From an uncultured Gammaproteobacteria bacterium (GTDB lineage Bacteria > Patescibacteriota > Patescibacteriia > Veblenbacterales > UBA10138): a stretch of DNA of 64,000 nt. Below are positions 45,355 through 54,642 of the stretch, in pieces. Where the stretch lies: contig CAYVOI010000001.1 in the NCBI GenBank assembly GCA_964453605.1, forward strand, positions 241,627-305,626, in the 5' to 3' direction. The notes beneath the pieces were generated by a model. The model did not search any database. It had not been told where the DNA came from and saw nothing but the letters and a program-made list of their open reading frames with translations. Position 1 is the first letter of the stretch; each line of letters begins with the position of its first letter. Both the position numbers and the translations under genes were made by a program.

Positions 45355-45663
45355 CTACTTGCTCATCCCCGGCATGTTGATGCCACCGGCCGCGCGCACC
45401 TTTTCTGCCATCACCTTCTGTACCTTTTTATTGGCCTCGCCAATAGCGTCCTTAAGTGCCTTTTCAAGTTCTGTCTTCTTAGCCGGCTGGAGCATCTCAG
45501 GGTCTATCTCAATACCCTCTACTTCTTGATTGCCGCTCATCTTCACCTTGACTTTACCCCAGGCGGCACTCGTTTCTATGTGCTCAGTAGCGAGCATGCC
45601 TTGAATGGTTTTAGCTTGGCTCCGGAGGTCTTTTATCTCTTTGAGTTTGGAAAACATGGACAT
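45355..45663 (-). CDS. ybaB: Nucleoid-associated protein YbaB/EbfC
   Basis: 102 aa; MSMFSKLKE...GGINMPGM matches the family. Confidence 0.85.
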   Translation of the reverse strand: MSMFSKLKEIKDLRSQAKTIQGMLATEHIETSAAWGKVKVKMSGNQEVEGIEIDPEMLQPAKKTELEKALKDAIGEANKKVQKVMAEKVRAAGGINMPGMSK

Positions 45664-45691
45664 AAGGTTTTGGTAAAGAAACAGTTAAAAG

Positions 45692-47086
45692 TTAGGCTAG
45701 TGGTTGAGGCGGGGGAGCGGCCATGGACTTTTCCAAGTTGCGGAAGGTGACGCGGTCCTGGTCAAAGAAGAGTTTAATAACGCCGGTGGGGCCGTTACGG
45801 TGTTTGGCAATGTGAATTTCCGTGAGGTTCCGCTCATCCGCCCCGAGCTCGTCTATTTGGTAGCCCTTGTCGGCTGCTTTGCGGTAGATGAACAGCACCA
45901 CGTCGGCGTCTTGCTCAATAGAGCCTGACTCCCTAAGGTGGGCAAGTTTGGGAATAGCCGGTTTGCTCATTTCCACCGCGCGCGAAAGCTGCGACAGCGC
46001 CAGCACTGGCACATTGAGTTCACGGGCCAAGGCCTTAAGGCCGCGGGTTATTTCCGAAATTTCTTGCACGCGGTTTTCGCTGTTCCGGCCTTCCATAAGC
46101 TGTAGGTAATCAACCAGCACCAGCCCCAGGCCGTGTTCAGCCTGCAGCCGCCTGGCTTTGGTGCGAATTTCCATAACGTTGGCGGTGGCGGAGTCGTCTA
46201 TAAATATCGGCGCCTCCGACAGCACGCCCATGGCGTGGCCAATGCGGGGGAAGTCGTCTTCGCGTTCCGAGAGTTTGCCTGTGCGCATGCGCCACATATC
46301 TACCCCAGCCTCGGCGCTGAGGAGCCTATCCACCAGTTGCTCCTTAGACATTTCCAGGGAGAATATTCCGACCGGTACCTTTTGCTTGGTGGCAACTGAC
46401 CGTGCGATGTCAAGCGCTAGGGACGTTTTACCCACCGATGGTCTGGCTGCCAGTACCACCAGGTCGCTCTTCTGTAAGCCTGCCAGCAGGTTGTCGAGCG
46501 CGGTAAAGCTGGTGGGGAGTCCGCGGAGCTTGCCTGACTCTTTGTGGAGCTCGTCGATACGGTCAAAGGCTTCATTCAGGACCGACTTTATGGGTATAAA
46601 GTTCTGCTTGTAGTACTTCTGGCTCACGGCGTAGAGTTTGCGCTCGGCCTCATCGAGCAGGTTTTCGGTGTCCTCGGTTTCTTGGTACCCCAAGCCGGTT
46701 ATATCGGCCGCCGCTTGCAACAGTTTACGGAGAGTGCTCTTGCGCTGTACCAACTTAGCATAGTGCACTACGTGGCTTGAGGTGGGCACGGCGTTGGCAA
46801 GTTCGGTGAGGTAGCTGTGCCCGCCTATTTGTTGCAGCTGGCCTTTTTCCTGCAGCTTGCTGGAGAGTGATAAAATGTCAATCGGCTCACGTGCTTCATA
46901 CAGATCGCGCATGGCTTCAAAAATCATACCATGCGCATCGCGGTAGAAATCCGAAGGCTCTATAATGTCCGCCACTTTTATGATGGCGTCTTTGTCTATA
47001 AGCAGTGAGCCTAAGGTGGAAGCCTCGGCCTCTAGGTTTTGCGGCGGTAGCTTGTCGACTGAGCGGTTACTTGGTGCAGCTGACAT
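45692..47086 (-). CDS. dnaB: Replicative DNA helicase DnaB
   Basis: 464 aa; Walker A ARPSVGKTS and an H-x-R-N-G-P-T-G-like C-terminal motif. Confidence 0.9.
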   Translation of the reverse strand: MSAAPSNRSVDKLPPQNLEAEASTLGSLLIDKDAIIKVADIIEPSDFYRDAHGMIFEAMRDLYEAREPIDILSLSSKLQEKGQLQQIGGHSYLTELANAVPTSSHVVHYAKLVQRKSTLRKLLQAAADITGLGYQETEDTENLLDEAERKLYAVSQKYYKQNFIPIKSVLNEAFDRIDELHKESGKLRGLPTSFTALDNLLAGLQKSDLVVLAARPSVGKTSLALDIARSVATKQKVPVGIFSLEMSKEQLVDRLLSAEAGVDMWRMRTGKLSEREDDFPRIGHAMGVLSEAPIFIDDSATANVMEIRTKARRLQAEHGLGLVLVDYLQLMEGRNSENRVQEISEITRGLKALARELNVPVLALSQLSRAVEMSKPAIPKLAHLRESGSIEQDADVVLFIYRKAADKGYQIDELGADERNLTEIHIAKHRNGPTGVIKLFFDQDRVTFRNLEKSMAAPPPQPLA

Positions 47087-47212
47087 AAGTAGGTTTATTG
47101 TAAGTACTTAGTGTGCTTAAAGCAAGATTGCTGAATACACAATTTGTTCACACCGGTTGTGTGTATTCGTTCGACAAGTAGAAGCAAATTATTTACACTA
47201 GTCTTGCCCTTT

Positions 47213-47725
47213 ATGGACAACGATTACGTAATTTTCGATGTTGAAACCACGGGCATGAAGCCCGAGGAGGGCCATGCTATTGTGGAATTGGCGGCCCAGC
47301 GCGTTAGCGGTAGGGACGTGGTGGATACATTTCAGAGCATAGTAAACCCTGGCCGCTTGGTGGACCCTGAAGCTGCGGCCGTGCACGGCATAACCGACGC
47401 CGTAATTGCAGCCGAGGGCAAGCCACTCATAGAGGTGGTGCCGGCGTTCATGCTGTTTAGCGAAGGCGCGACATTGGTGGCGCACAACATTCGCTTTGAC
47501 CTTGGGTTCATGAACCACCATTTGAAAGCCCTTGGCTTGCCGCCGCTTGGTAACCCACTGCTCGACACACTCGACCTCGCGCGGCAGAAAGTGCTGGTCG
47601 CCAGCTACGCGCTGGGGTACTTAGCTAAGCATTTTGCAATTCCTCAACCCACTGCCCACCGCGCGCTCGCTGATGTGGAAGTAACTCGACAACTCCTGTT
47701 TAAGTTGCTGGACTTGAAAAAATAA
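47213..47725 (+). CDS. DnaQ-like 3'-5' exonuclease (DEDDh)
   Basis: MDNDYVIFDVETTGM Exo I motif and the HRALADVEV Exo III motif. Confidence 0.8.
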   Translation: MDNDYVIFDVETTGMKPEEGHAIVELAAQRVSGRDVVDTFQSIVNPGRLVDPEAAAVHGITDAVIAAEGKPLIEVVPAFMLFSEGATLVAHNIRFDLGFMNHHLKALGLPPLGNPLLDTLDLARQKVLVASYALGYLAKHFAIPQPTAHRALADVEVTRQLLFKLLDLKK

Positions 47726-47738
47726 TACCAGAAAATTT

Positions 47739-48485
47739 ATGGGAGAACCGAATAATTTTGGCTCAGTCAGTGTTGATTACAATGCTGCCCGCCGTGGGTA
47801 TCCAGGAGAACTTTATAGCTACCTTCACTCTTTAGTCCAACAGGTCACTCCCAATACTCTTGACATTGGCTGCGGAACAGGCATCTCAACTCGTGAGTTA
47901 CAACAGTATGGTTTTAATGTTGTCGGAGTTGATAAAGACCCTGTAATGCTTGAGGCGGCAAGGCAGCGGGGAGGTAACATTTCGTATCTGGTTGCACCGG
48001 CAGATACATTACCTTTTTCAGCAGAGCAATTTGATGTTGGTGTTGCATTCACCGCTTTCCATTGGTTCAACAATCTAGAATCATTGATGGAAATAAGGCG
48101 TGTGTTAAGGCGGGGAGGGGTTTTCTTTGCTGCACTCAAGGGTAACCGTAAGACTGCTGAGACCAAAGATTTTATGGCTGGTTATGAAGCCATACTTGAA
48201 AAGTATGCCGGTAAAAATTTTGATAGCACCAAGAATCATTTTAATACAGGTCTTCTAGCTAAACTATTCACCAATATTACGGAAAAGTCTTTCTACCTAG
48301 ATGAACGCTATACTACTGATGAAGCCTTGACGCTTATTCGTTCACTGAGTATTTGGAATCTAGTTTCTGAGGCAGATAAGCCAAATATGTTACAAGAGCT
48401 TGAAATTTTTTACAAGGGTCACTTAGTCGATGGTTTCGTAGTGAGAAGGCGGGAAATATTTACCATCGTTGCCTATAAGGAATAA
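47739..48485 (+). CDS. Class I SAM-dependent methyltransferase
   Basis: LDIGCGTGISTREL motif I; AT-richer than the surrounding genes. Confidence 0.75.
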   Translation: MGEPNNFGSVSVDYNAARRGYPGELYSYLHSLVQQVTPNTLDIGCGTGISTRELQQYGFNVVGVDKDPVMLEAARQRGGNISYLVAPADTLPFSAEQFDVGVAFTAFHWFNNLESLMEIRRVLRRGGVFFAALKGNRKTAETKDFMAGYEAILEKYAGKNFDSTKNHFNTGLLAKLFTNITEKSFYLDERYTTDEALTLIRSLSIWNLVSEADKPNMLQELEIFYKGHLVDGFVVRRREIFTIVAYKE

Positions 48486-48561
48486 TTAGTACGTGCTTAT
48501 TTAGTCTCGGACTTGAAAAAGTAAGTGAAAGCTACTATAGTTCACACGCAGTTCTTTACAC

Positions 48562-48637
48562 GGGTCCATAGCTCAGTTGGTAGAGCAGCGGCCTTTTAAG
48601 CCGTGTGTCCTGGGTTCGATCCCCAGTGGACCCACCA
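48562..48637 (+). tRNA. tRNA-Lys (anticodon TTT)
   Basis: GGGTCCATAGCTCAGTTGGTAGAGCAGCGGCCTTTTAAGCCGTGTGTCCTGGGTTCGATCCCCAGTGGACCCACCA. Confidence 0.85.
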
Positions 48638-48651
48638 CCCGTATTAAGACT

Positions 48652-49185
48652 ATGCGTACGTACGACGAGTTGCTTGATGTAGTAGACGAAAATGACCAGG
48701 TTGTTGGTCGAGACACCCGCGAGAACATCCACAAGCTAGGACTCCTTCACCGAGAAATTTGGGTATGGATAGCTAATGACCGCGGTGAAATTGCTTTCCA
48801 GCGCCGTAGTCCAGACAAAGATACATTTCCTAACATGCTCGATGCTTCGGTTGGCGGGCACGTTGACCTTGGTATGGATTACGCTGCAACCGCTTGCAAA
48901 GAGTTAGAAGAAGAAACGGGAATCAAGGCCTCGAAGGACGAGTTGCTGTTTGTGGGGATGATGAGAAAAAGCGGGCACGATAAGGTAACAGGAAAAACTA
49001 ATAATGTTATACGCGCCGTGTATTTTTATAAACTGAAAGAGAGAGAGAGTTTAGTGGCTGAAAAAGGAAAGGCGACAGGATTTGAGTATTGGGCTATAGA
49101 TAAACTTAAAAATTTGTCCCAAGAAGAAAGGGCTCAATTTGTGCCTACAGCATTGGATGAGGCCATGCACTTAAAGCTGGTTTAG
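48652..49185 (+). CDS. NUDIX hydrolase
   Basis: GGHVDLGMDYAATACKELEEETGI Nudix box. The ORF-track start overlaps tRNA-Lys; the real start is MRTYDE. Confidence 0.75.
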   Translation: MRTYDELLDVVDENDQVVGRDTRENIHKLGLLHREIWVWIANDRGEIAFQRRSPDKDTFPNMLDASVGGHVDLGMDYAATACKELEEETGIKASKDELLFVGMMRKSGHDKVTGKTNNVIRAVYFYKLKERESLVAEKGKATGFEYWAIDKLKNLSQEERAQFVPTALDEAMHLKLV

Positions 49186-49201
49186 GTGTACTATAGGTAT
49201 T

Positions 49202-49360
49202 ATGAGAAACTATGCTTCAAAGAGTATTCGTAAAGTTACTCGCTACCGCACGCCGGCAACCTTTAAGATGAAGGCCACCTTGGCGCCGGGCAAAGCGAAA
49301 ACCAACCCGCCGTACCAGCCACCCGGCCGCGGGCGCAAGACCAACATTGGCCGTGCTTAG
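49202..49360 (+). CDS. Small basic protein (52 aa), uncharacterised
   Basis: MRNYASKSIRKVTRYRTPATFKMKATLAPGKAKTNPPYQPPGRGRKTNIGRA. Followed by a strong bidirectional terminator at 49370-49402. No SD. Confidence 0.3.
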   Translation: MRNYASKSIRKVTRYRTPATFKMKATLAPGKAKTNPPYQPPGRGRKTNIGRA

Positions 49361-49410
49361 TTGAGTATTAAAAAGTCCTCCCCGAACGGGGAGGACTTTT
49401 GTGGTTTCAG

Positions 49411-50217
49411 CTAGTAGATTTCAAACGTCAGGTTTACATTCACCGTTACGTCTTGGCTACCAGCTTGCACTTCGGGTGCGGGAGCCGCGTCAGTCTTCAT
49501 CATACCCATACCTGCAGCATAGGGAATAGGGTAGGGCGGTGGCGTGTTGGCGCTTTCAGAGAACGACCGCACTTTCCCTAAGCGTACCCCCGCGGCCTTA
49601 GCGAGCACCTCGGCCTTGGCGCGGGCTTTCTCTATGGCCTGGAGCCTGGCTTGCTGCTGGTAGGTGTCGGGGTCGTCTATGGTAAAGCTGAGCTGGCCCA
49701 CCTGGTTGGCACCGCGCTCCAGCGCGCCAGCTAAAATGTCACCCACCTTGTCTAGGGAGCGGACTTTAACTTCCACCGCCTGGGTGAGCTGGTAGCCGTC
49801 TAAGTTCTGCTTGCCAGTCTGGGGGACGTAGGAGTAGGTGGGGTAGAGGTTGTACTGTGTAGTGCGAACGTCTTTGTCCTCTATCTTTTGTTGTTTAAGG
49901 TAGTCCACCACCTGGTTCATCTTTTTCGTGTTGTCAGCTTGCACGGCTGCCACACTTGGGCCACGGCTCTCTACTGATAGGGAAATAACCCCTACGTCGG
50001 GAATAGCCGTTACCTTACCTTCGGCGCTCACCGCGATAGTGTCGTTGGTGCTAGTTGGGCTTTGCCAGTGTTGCAAGTTCTTCCAATCAATACCCGCTTG
50101 GAAGGCACGGTCCAAACCAAAGGCTGCCAGCCAGGCAATAAAGAGTATCGAAATAACAGCCCTGACACCTAGGGGAATGTGTTCCCAGCAGGACTTTCTC
50201 TCCGTCGTAGTATCCAT
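49411..50217 (-). CDS. SIMPL-domain (DUF541) protein
   Basis: N-terminal TM segment, then SIMPL-like repeats (..VSAEGKV.A.PD.. and GYQLTQAVEVKV). Confidence 0.7.
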   Translation of the reverse strand: MDTTTERKSCWEHIPLGVRAVISILFIAWLAAFGLDRAFQAGIDWKNLQHWQSPTSTNDTIAVSAEGKVTAIPDVGVISLSVESRGPSVAAVQADNTKKMNQVVDYLKQQKIEDKDVRTTQYNLYPTYSYVPQTGKQNLDGYQLTQAVEVKVRSLDKVGDILAGALERGANQVGQLSFTIDDPDTYQQQARLQAIEKARAKAEVLAKAAGVRLGKVRSFSESANTPPPYPIPYAAGMGMMKTDAAPAPEVQAGSQDVTVNVNLTFEIY

Positions 50218-50391
50218 AGCACGTTGCGTTAAAGAGTTAGTGTAGGTAGTGTACTAAAAGCTGCTATGCTTGTCACCCGCGTTGACCATTTGCTCACAGT
50301 TTTCTATACTACGTGAGCATATTCTTACTCTACGTAACGCCCCAGCAACTTGCTCTGTTTCAAGTTACTGAGCTAACAGGAGAACATTGTT

Positions 50392-51174
50392 ATGGGTGAA
50401 CAGAACCAGAGCGTAATGAGCCAGTGGACCCAGGGGAATGTCTTAAAGCTAGTGGGCTTGTTGCTCATGGGCGCTATTGTGATAGTGGCTATTCTCCGCG
50501 ACCGCATAGTGAACCAGCCCCAAGCCCAAGTGTCGGTAGCGGGTGTGGGGAGGGTTTCGTACCAGCCTGACCAAGCTACCGTGACCTTGGGCGTGCAGGT
50601 TGATAAGGTGTTCACGGCTGACGGCGCTCTGCGGCAGCTGAATGACAAGGTAGGTAAGGTGGTAGCGGCAGTTAAGGCAGCCGGCATAGACGATAAAGAT
50701 ATAGAGACAGAAGCTTACACTTTGTACCCGCAGTACAACTACGTTAACGGTGTGCAAATTCCAGCGGGCTACAGCGCCAACCAGCAGCTTAGTGTAAAGG
50801 TGCGGAACCTTGGAGCAAACAACAGTAACGTTTCGGCGGTGGTAGCTGCCGCTACGCAAGCCGGCGCCAACCAGGTAACCGGCATTGCCTTTGACGTGTC
50901 GAACCTGGAGACCTTAAAGCAGCAGGCGAGGGTGCAAGCGATTGCCGACGCCAAGAGCAAAGCAGGTGCGCAGGCTCAAGCGGCCGGGGTACGTTTAGGT
51001 GAAATTTTGGGTTGGTGGGAGAACGTGGTGCAGTCGCCTGACGCAGAGCTCTACGGTGGTGCGGCTGATGGCAAGGGTGGTGCTGGCATAGGCGGTGCGG
51101 CGCCAACGCCAGTCGTGCCCTCAGGCAACCAGGAGATCATAATTCAGGAGAGCCTGAACTATAAAATAGATTAA
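50392..51174 (+). CDS. SIMPL-domain (DUF541) protein, divergent paralog
   Basis: Same architecture and motif order as 49411..50217 (GYSANQQLSVKV, QARVQAIADAKSKA). Confidence 0.7.
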   Translation: MGEQNQSVMSQWTQGNVLKLVGLLLMGAIVIVAILRDRIVNQPQAQVSVAGVGRVSYQPDQATVTLGVQVDKVFTADGALRQLNDKVGKVVAAVKAAGIDDKDIETEAYTLYPQYNYVNGVQIPAGYSANQQLSVKVRNLGANNSNVSAVVAAATQAGANQVTGIAFDVSNLETLKQQARVQAIADAKSKAGAQAQAAGVRLGEILGWWENVVQSPDAELYGGAADGKGGAGIGGAAPTPVVPSGNQEIIIQESLNYKID

Positions 51175-51188
51175 CCGCGGCTGCTCCG

Positions 51189-51746
51189 ATGGCGTCTTTA
51201 CCACAGGAGGTAGTGCAAGCCAAAGAGCGTCAAGTGTCGAGGCTCTTTAAGCTAAGCTTATTGCTGAAAGGTGCGGTTGCTTTGCTCCAGCTGGTGGGTG
51301 GTGTGGCTTTGTACCTGGTGGCGCTGGTGGAGGCAGGGCTTACCCACCTGGTATCGCGCCAGGCGCTGCTTAATTTTATAAGTGCTCTAGCGCACGAGGA
51401 GTTAACAGAAGACCCGCGCGACTACCTGGTTACCCACCTCATTGGCGTGGCGCAGAACTTAACCGCCGCCTCGTTGCACTTTGCGGCGTTCTACCTCTTG
51501 GTTCATGGTGTAGTAAAGCTGTGGTTCATCGTTGGCCTGTTCAGAAAAAAGCTGTGGTACTACCCGACAGCTATAGTTGTTTTCGGCTTGTTCATGGTGT
51601 ACCAGGTGTACCGCTTTAGTATTACGCACTCGGTACTACTCATGCTTATCACTGTAGTGGATGCGGTGGTAGTGTGGCTTACCTGGCACGAGTACAACTA
51701 CCTGCGAGGTCGTTTGCGTATTGACAGTAGTGCGCCAGTACGCTAG
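51189..51746 (+). CDS. Hypothetical membrane protein (DUF2127-like)
   Basis: 185 aa, four TM helices. Terminator at about 51829-51863. Confidence 0.45.
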   Translation: MASLPQEVVQAKERQVSRLFKLSLLLKGAVALLQLVGGVALYLVALVEAGLTHLVSRQALLNFISALAHEELTEDPRDYLVTHLIGVAQNLTAASLHFAAFYLLVHGVVKLWFIVGLFRKKLWYYPTAIVVFGLFMVYQVYRFSITHSVLLMLITVVDAVVVWLTWHEYNYLRGRLRIDSSAPVR

Positions 51747-51866
51747 GGTAGGGGTAGGTATGACACGAACGGTTTACATCTCCATGAATAATAACCAGCC
51801 CTAGGGACTGGTGTTGCTGTTTGTTTTTCAACCGGTCCCTCTTTAATAGGGGGACCGGTTTTGTAT

Positions 51867-51942
51867 TCCGGGGTAGTTGAGTTGGTACAACGCCACGCTG
51901 TTAACGTGGATACCGCAGGTTCGAGTCCTGCCCCCGGAGCCA
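51867..51942 (+). tRNA. tRNA-Asn (anticodon GTT)
   Basis: TCCGGGGTAGTTGAGTTGGTACAACGCCACGCTGTTAACGTGGATACCGCAGGTTCGAGTCCTGCCCCCGGAGCCA. Confidence 0.85.
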
Positions 51943-52077
51943 TTACAATCTGTTCTACGCGACCGGAACGCTTCCATAGGCATATCCAGTTGTAGAGGTC
52001 GTTAATAACGTCGAACCCTAGGCTTCGGCGTCATTATTGTCATCGCTGAAAATTCAGGATATATTTATCCGTAGATT

Positions 52078-52914
52078 ATGGCTAACCCATTTGAAGGCTT
52101 TATAAATAAGTTCGAACAGAGCTTACATAGTAAAGATTCTGCTATTTATAATGTTCTGGCAAATGTTTTCTCGATGCGTATCATTGGTAATAAAACCCAC
52201 GGGGATTTGGCAGAAATTGCGTTGACCGAATATGTAAACCAATACGTAGATGGGTATTCAGCTAAGCATACTGGGAAAGAAAAATTTCGTGCCAAAGAGT
52301 TTGAGGAAGATATTCGTATTAGAGAAGAAAATACAGGCGTAGAGATACCTGTCAGCATTAAAACCTATGGCGCCGGGCCGTTACAGCTTTCTACAAATAA
52401 AGACAGTTCAATGTTTAGCTGTTTGCAAAAATCGATTGGCGAACATGAGGTCACCGATCCAGTTAAAATAGAGGAGGTTTTGGGTCAGCCATGTTTTGTA
52501 AATTTTAGTGATGTAAACGTACTTCCGCTTATTTATAACGAGAAGGCCCTATCATTTAAGATAGTGATATTTAATTTAGGCAAAGCCTATCAATCGGTAC
52601 GAAAAATAAAATTTCTTCCGCCTAGAAAGTATGGCAAGGTCAAACAGACATTCCCTATTTATAAATTTTTTAATGCTAAAGACGAATACATATTTGAAGT
52701 CCGTTATGGTGATGCCAAAGCAAATGCATTACAAAGGGGAATGTGGACTCACACCGAGAATGCCCCGGGTTATTTTAAGGTGCTTTTGCATGGTACATAT
52801 AAGATTAATGAACCTCTAATAAATTTGATATCGAAAATTCTCGTGTCTCCTAAAAGCAAGCATGAAGAAATTTTGAAGCTCTTCCCGGCCTCAAAAGAGA
52901 AGTCCGTAATTTGA
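52078..52914 (+). CDS. Hypothetical protein, candidate restriction endonuclease partner of the adjacent MTase
   Basis: 278 aa in a low-GC island directly upstream of a D12-class MTase. No recognisable motif. Confidence 0.35.
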   Translation: MANPFEGFINKFEQSLHSKDSAIYNVLANVFSMRIIGNKTHGDLAEIALTEYVNQYVDGYSAKHTGKEKFRAKEFEEDIRIREENTGVEIPVSIKTYGAGPLQLSTNKDSSMFSCLQKSIGEHEVTDPVKIEEVLGQPCFVNFSDVNVLPLIYNEKALSFKIVIFNLGKAYQSVRKIKFLPPRKYGKVKQTFPIYKFFNAKDEYIFEVRYGDAKANALQRGMWTHTENAPGYFKVLLHGTYKINEPLINLISKILVSPKSKHEEILKLFPASKEKSVI

Positions 52915-52960
52915 GTTAATCCGACCCTCATTATTTATGCTATAATCATAAGTAATCATT

Positions 52961-54157
52961 ATGGATACTGAGGGTATTAAATATACAGGTTCAAAAAGGG
53001 AGATAATCCCTGTACTGCTTAAATTAATGCGCCCCCTTGGTGTGCGTACTGTTTTTGATGGGTTTTCTGGAACGACTAGAGTTTCGCAAGCTCTTAAAAA
53101 GGCTGGTTACTTAGTTTATGCGAATGATGTTGCAGTTTGGTCTAAAGTTTTTGGTTACTGTTACTTGTTGAATAAAAAATCAGCCGCGTATTATCAAAAG
53201 ATAATAGATAAGTTAAACAGTCTCCCGGGTAGAGCGGGGTGGTTCTCTAAACACTATGGTGGAGAGTCAAATGGCGGTAGTGCTGTTCATGAGGATGGGA
53301 AAAAAAGAATGTGGCAGCTGCATAATACAATGAAGTTAGATTCGATTCGATCCGAGATTGACAATTTAGCCAATAATGAAATTGAAAGGTCGGTATTGTT
53401 GACGAGTTTAATTTTAGCCATGGACAAGGTGGATAGTTCGGTGGGCCATCACGTTTCTTATCTAAGAGAATGGGCACCAAGGGCTTATAATACTATGCAG
53501 ATGAAGGTGCCAGAATTAATAATTGACGACAAAGATCATCGTATTTTCTGTGATGATATTTTTAATGTGTTGGAAGGTGTTGAAGTTGATTTAGCCTACT
53601 ACGATCCTCCGTATGGCTCTTCCAATGAGTTAATGCCGCCATCCAGAGTACGTTATGCTTCTTATTACCATCTTTGGAAGACCGTATGTTTGAATGATGA
53701 GCCTAGATTAGTTGGCAAGGCTAACCGTCGTGAGGATGCAAGTGATTTAATTGCCGGTTCCATATTTGAAGAATACCGCAAAGATAGTACAGGTAGATAT
53801 TTAGTAATGGATGCAATTGAGAAACTTATTAAAAACACCAAAGCGAAGTACGTCATTTTGTCATACAATAATCATGGTCGCGCGACTTTTGATGGTATAC
53901 TTGAAGTAATTAGGAATCTGAAGCTCAAGTGCTCCATCTTTGAGATGGACTATAAGAAAAACGTCATGTCGCAAATGGCCTGGACAAATAAATGGTTAAA
54001 TGGTGGCTCTTCGCAAGATATCGGAAATAAGGAGTTTCTGTTTTTGATGCAAAAGAAGAAGTCCCTTAGTTTTAATATAGGTGCTAGTTTTACAGTAGAA
54101 AAAATAAGCCTACGAGAGCCCGCTACTGTGAATCAACAGAAACTCGCGCTGTTTTAG
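52961..54157 (+). CDS. DNA adenine methyltransferase, D12/Dam class
   Basis: KYTGSKREI (like KWAGGK), FDGFSGTTRV motif I, YYDPPYGSS motif IV; 398 aa; low GC. Confidence 0.75.
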   Translation: MDTEGIKYTGSKREIIPVLLKLMRPLGVRTVFDGFSGTTRVSQALKKAGYLVYANDVAVWSKVFGYCYLLNKKSAAYYQKIIDKLNSLPGRAGWFSKHYGGESNGGSAVHEDGKKRMWQLHNTMKLDSIRSEIDNLANNEIERSVLLTSLILAMDKVDSSVGHHVSYLREWAPRAYNTMQMKVPELIIDDKDHRIFCDDIFNVLEGVEVDLAYYDPPYGSSNELMPPSRVRYASYYHLWKTVCLNDEPRLVGKANRREDASDLIAGSIFEEYRKDSTGRYLVMDAIEKLIKNTKAKYVILSYNNHGRATFDGILEVIRNLKLKCSIFEMDYKKNVMSQMAWTNKWLNGGSSQDIGNKEFLFLMQKKKSLSFNIGASFTVEKISLREPATVNQQKLALF

Positions 54158-54218
54158 TCGACATTATCTAACTATTCCAATATAGCTCAGGCTTATCGCC
54201 GGAGGTTACTATATAGGT

Positions 54219-54539
54219 ATGGCCCCAAAAGCAATCGCCGGTGGTGTGGCGCACGCCTTACCCACGGATTTACGAAAAGCCCTCTCTCCCGATAGAGCGG
54301 CCTTGGTAGTCTGGCAAGACCTCACACCACTAGCGCGTAACGAGTGGATCTGCTGGACTATGTACGTCAAGAAAGCAGAAACGCGTAAGGAGCACGTGGC
54401 GCGTGTAGTGCAGGAGCTTAAACAGGGTATGCGCCGGCCGTGCTGTTGGCTGGGTTGTATTCATCGCACGGACAAGCAGATAAGCCCTTCGGTGCGGGCA
54501 GTGCTCAATAGGCAATCTCACAGATTTAAGAAAACATAG
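54219..54539 (+). CDS. Hypothetical protein
   Basis: 106-aa ORF. Confidence 0.35.
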   Translation: MAPKAIAGGVAHALPTDLRKALSPDRAALVVWQDLTPLARNEWICWTMYVKKAETRKEHVARVVQELKQGMRRPCCWLGCIHRTDKQISPSVRAVLNRQSHRFKKT

Positions 54540-54642
54540 GTCTGCCTAGAGTACGTCACTCGCGCCTACCACGCCGCTGGATTTTTGATGGGTGCAAAGA
54601 AACGTTACACAACCGTAAGCGTTGCTTATAGCGCCTTAGCCT

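Noticed and set aside
48577-48651. Upstream extension of the Nudix ORF
   Set aside because: It would read through tRNA-Lys. The start at MRTYDE (48652) lies just after the tRNA.
51743-51943. 66-aa minus-strand ORF
   Set aside because: It overlaps tRNA-Asn and the upstream terminator completely.
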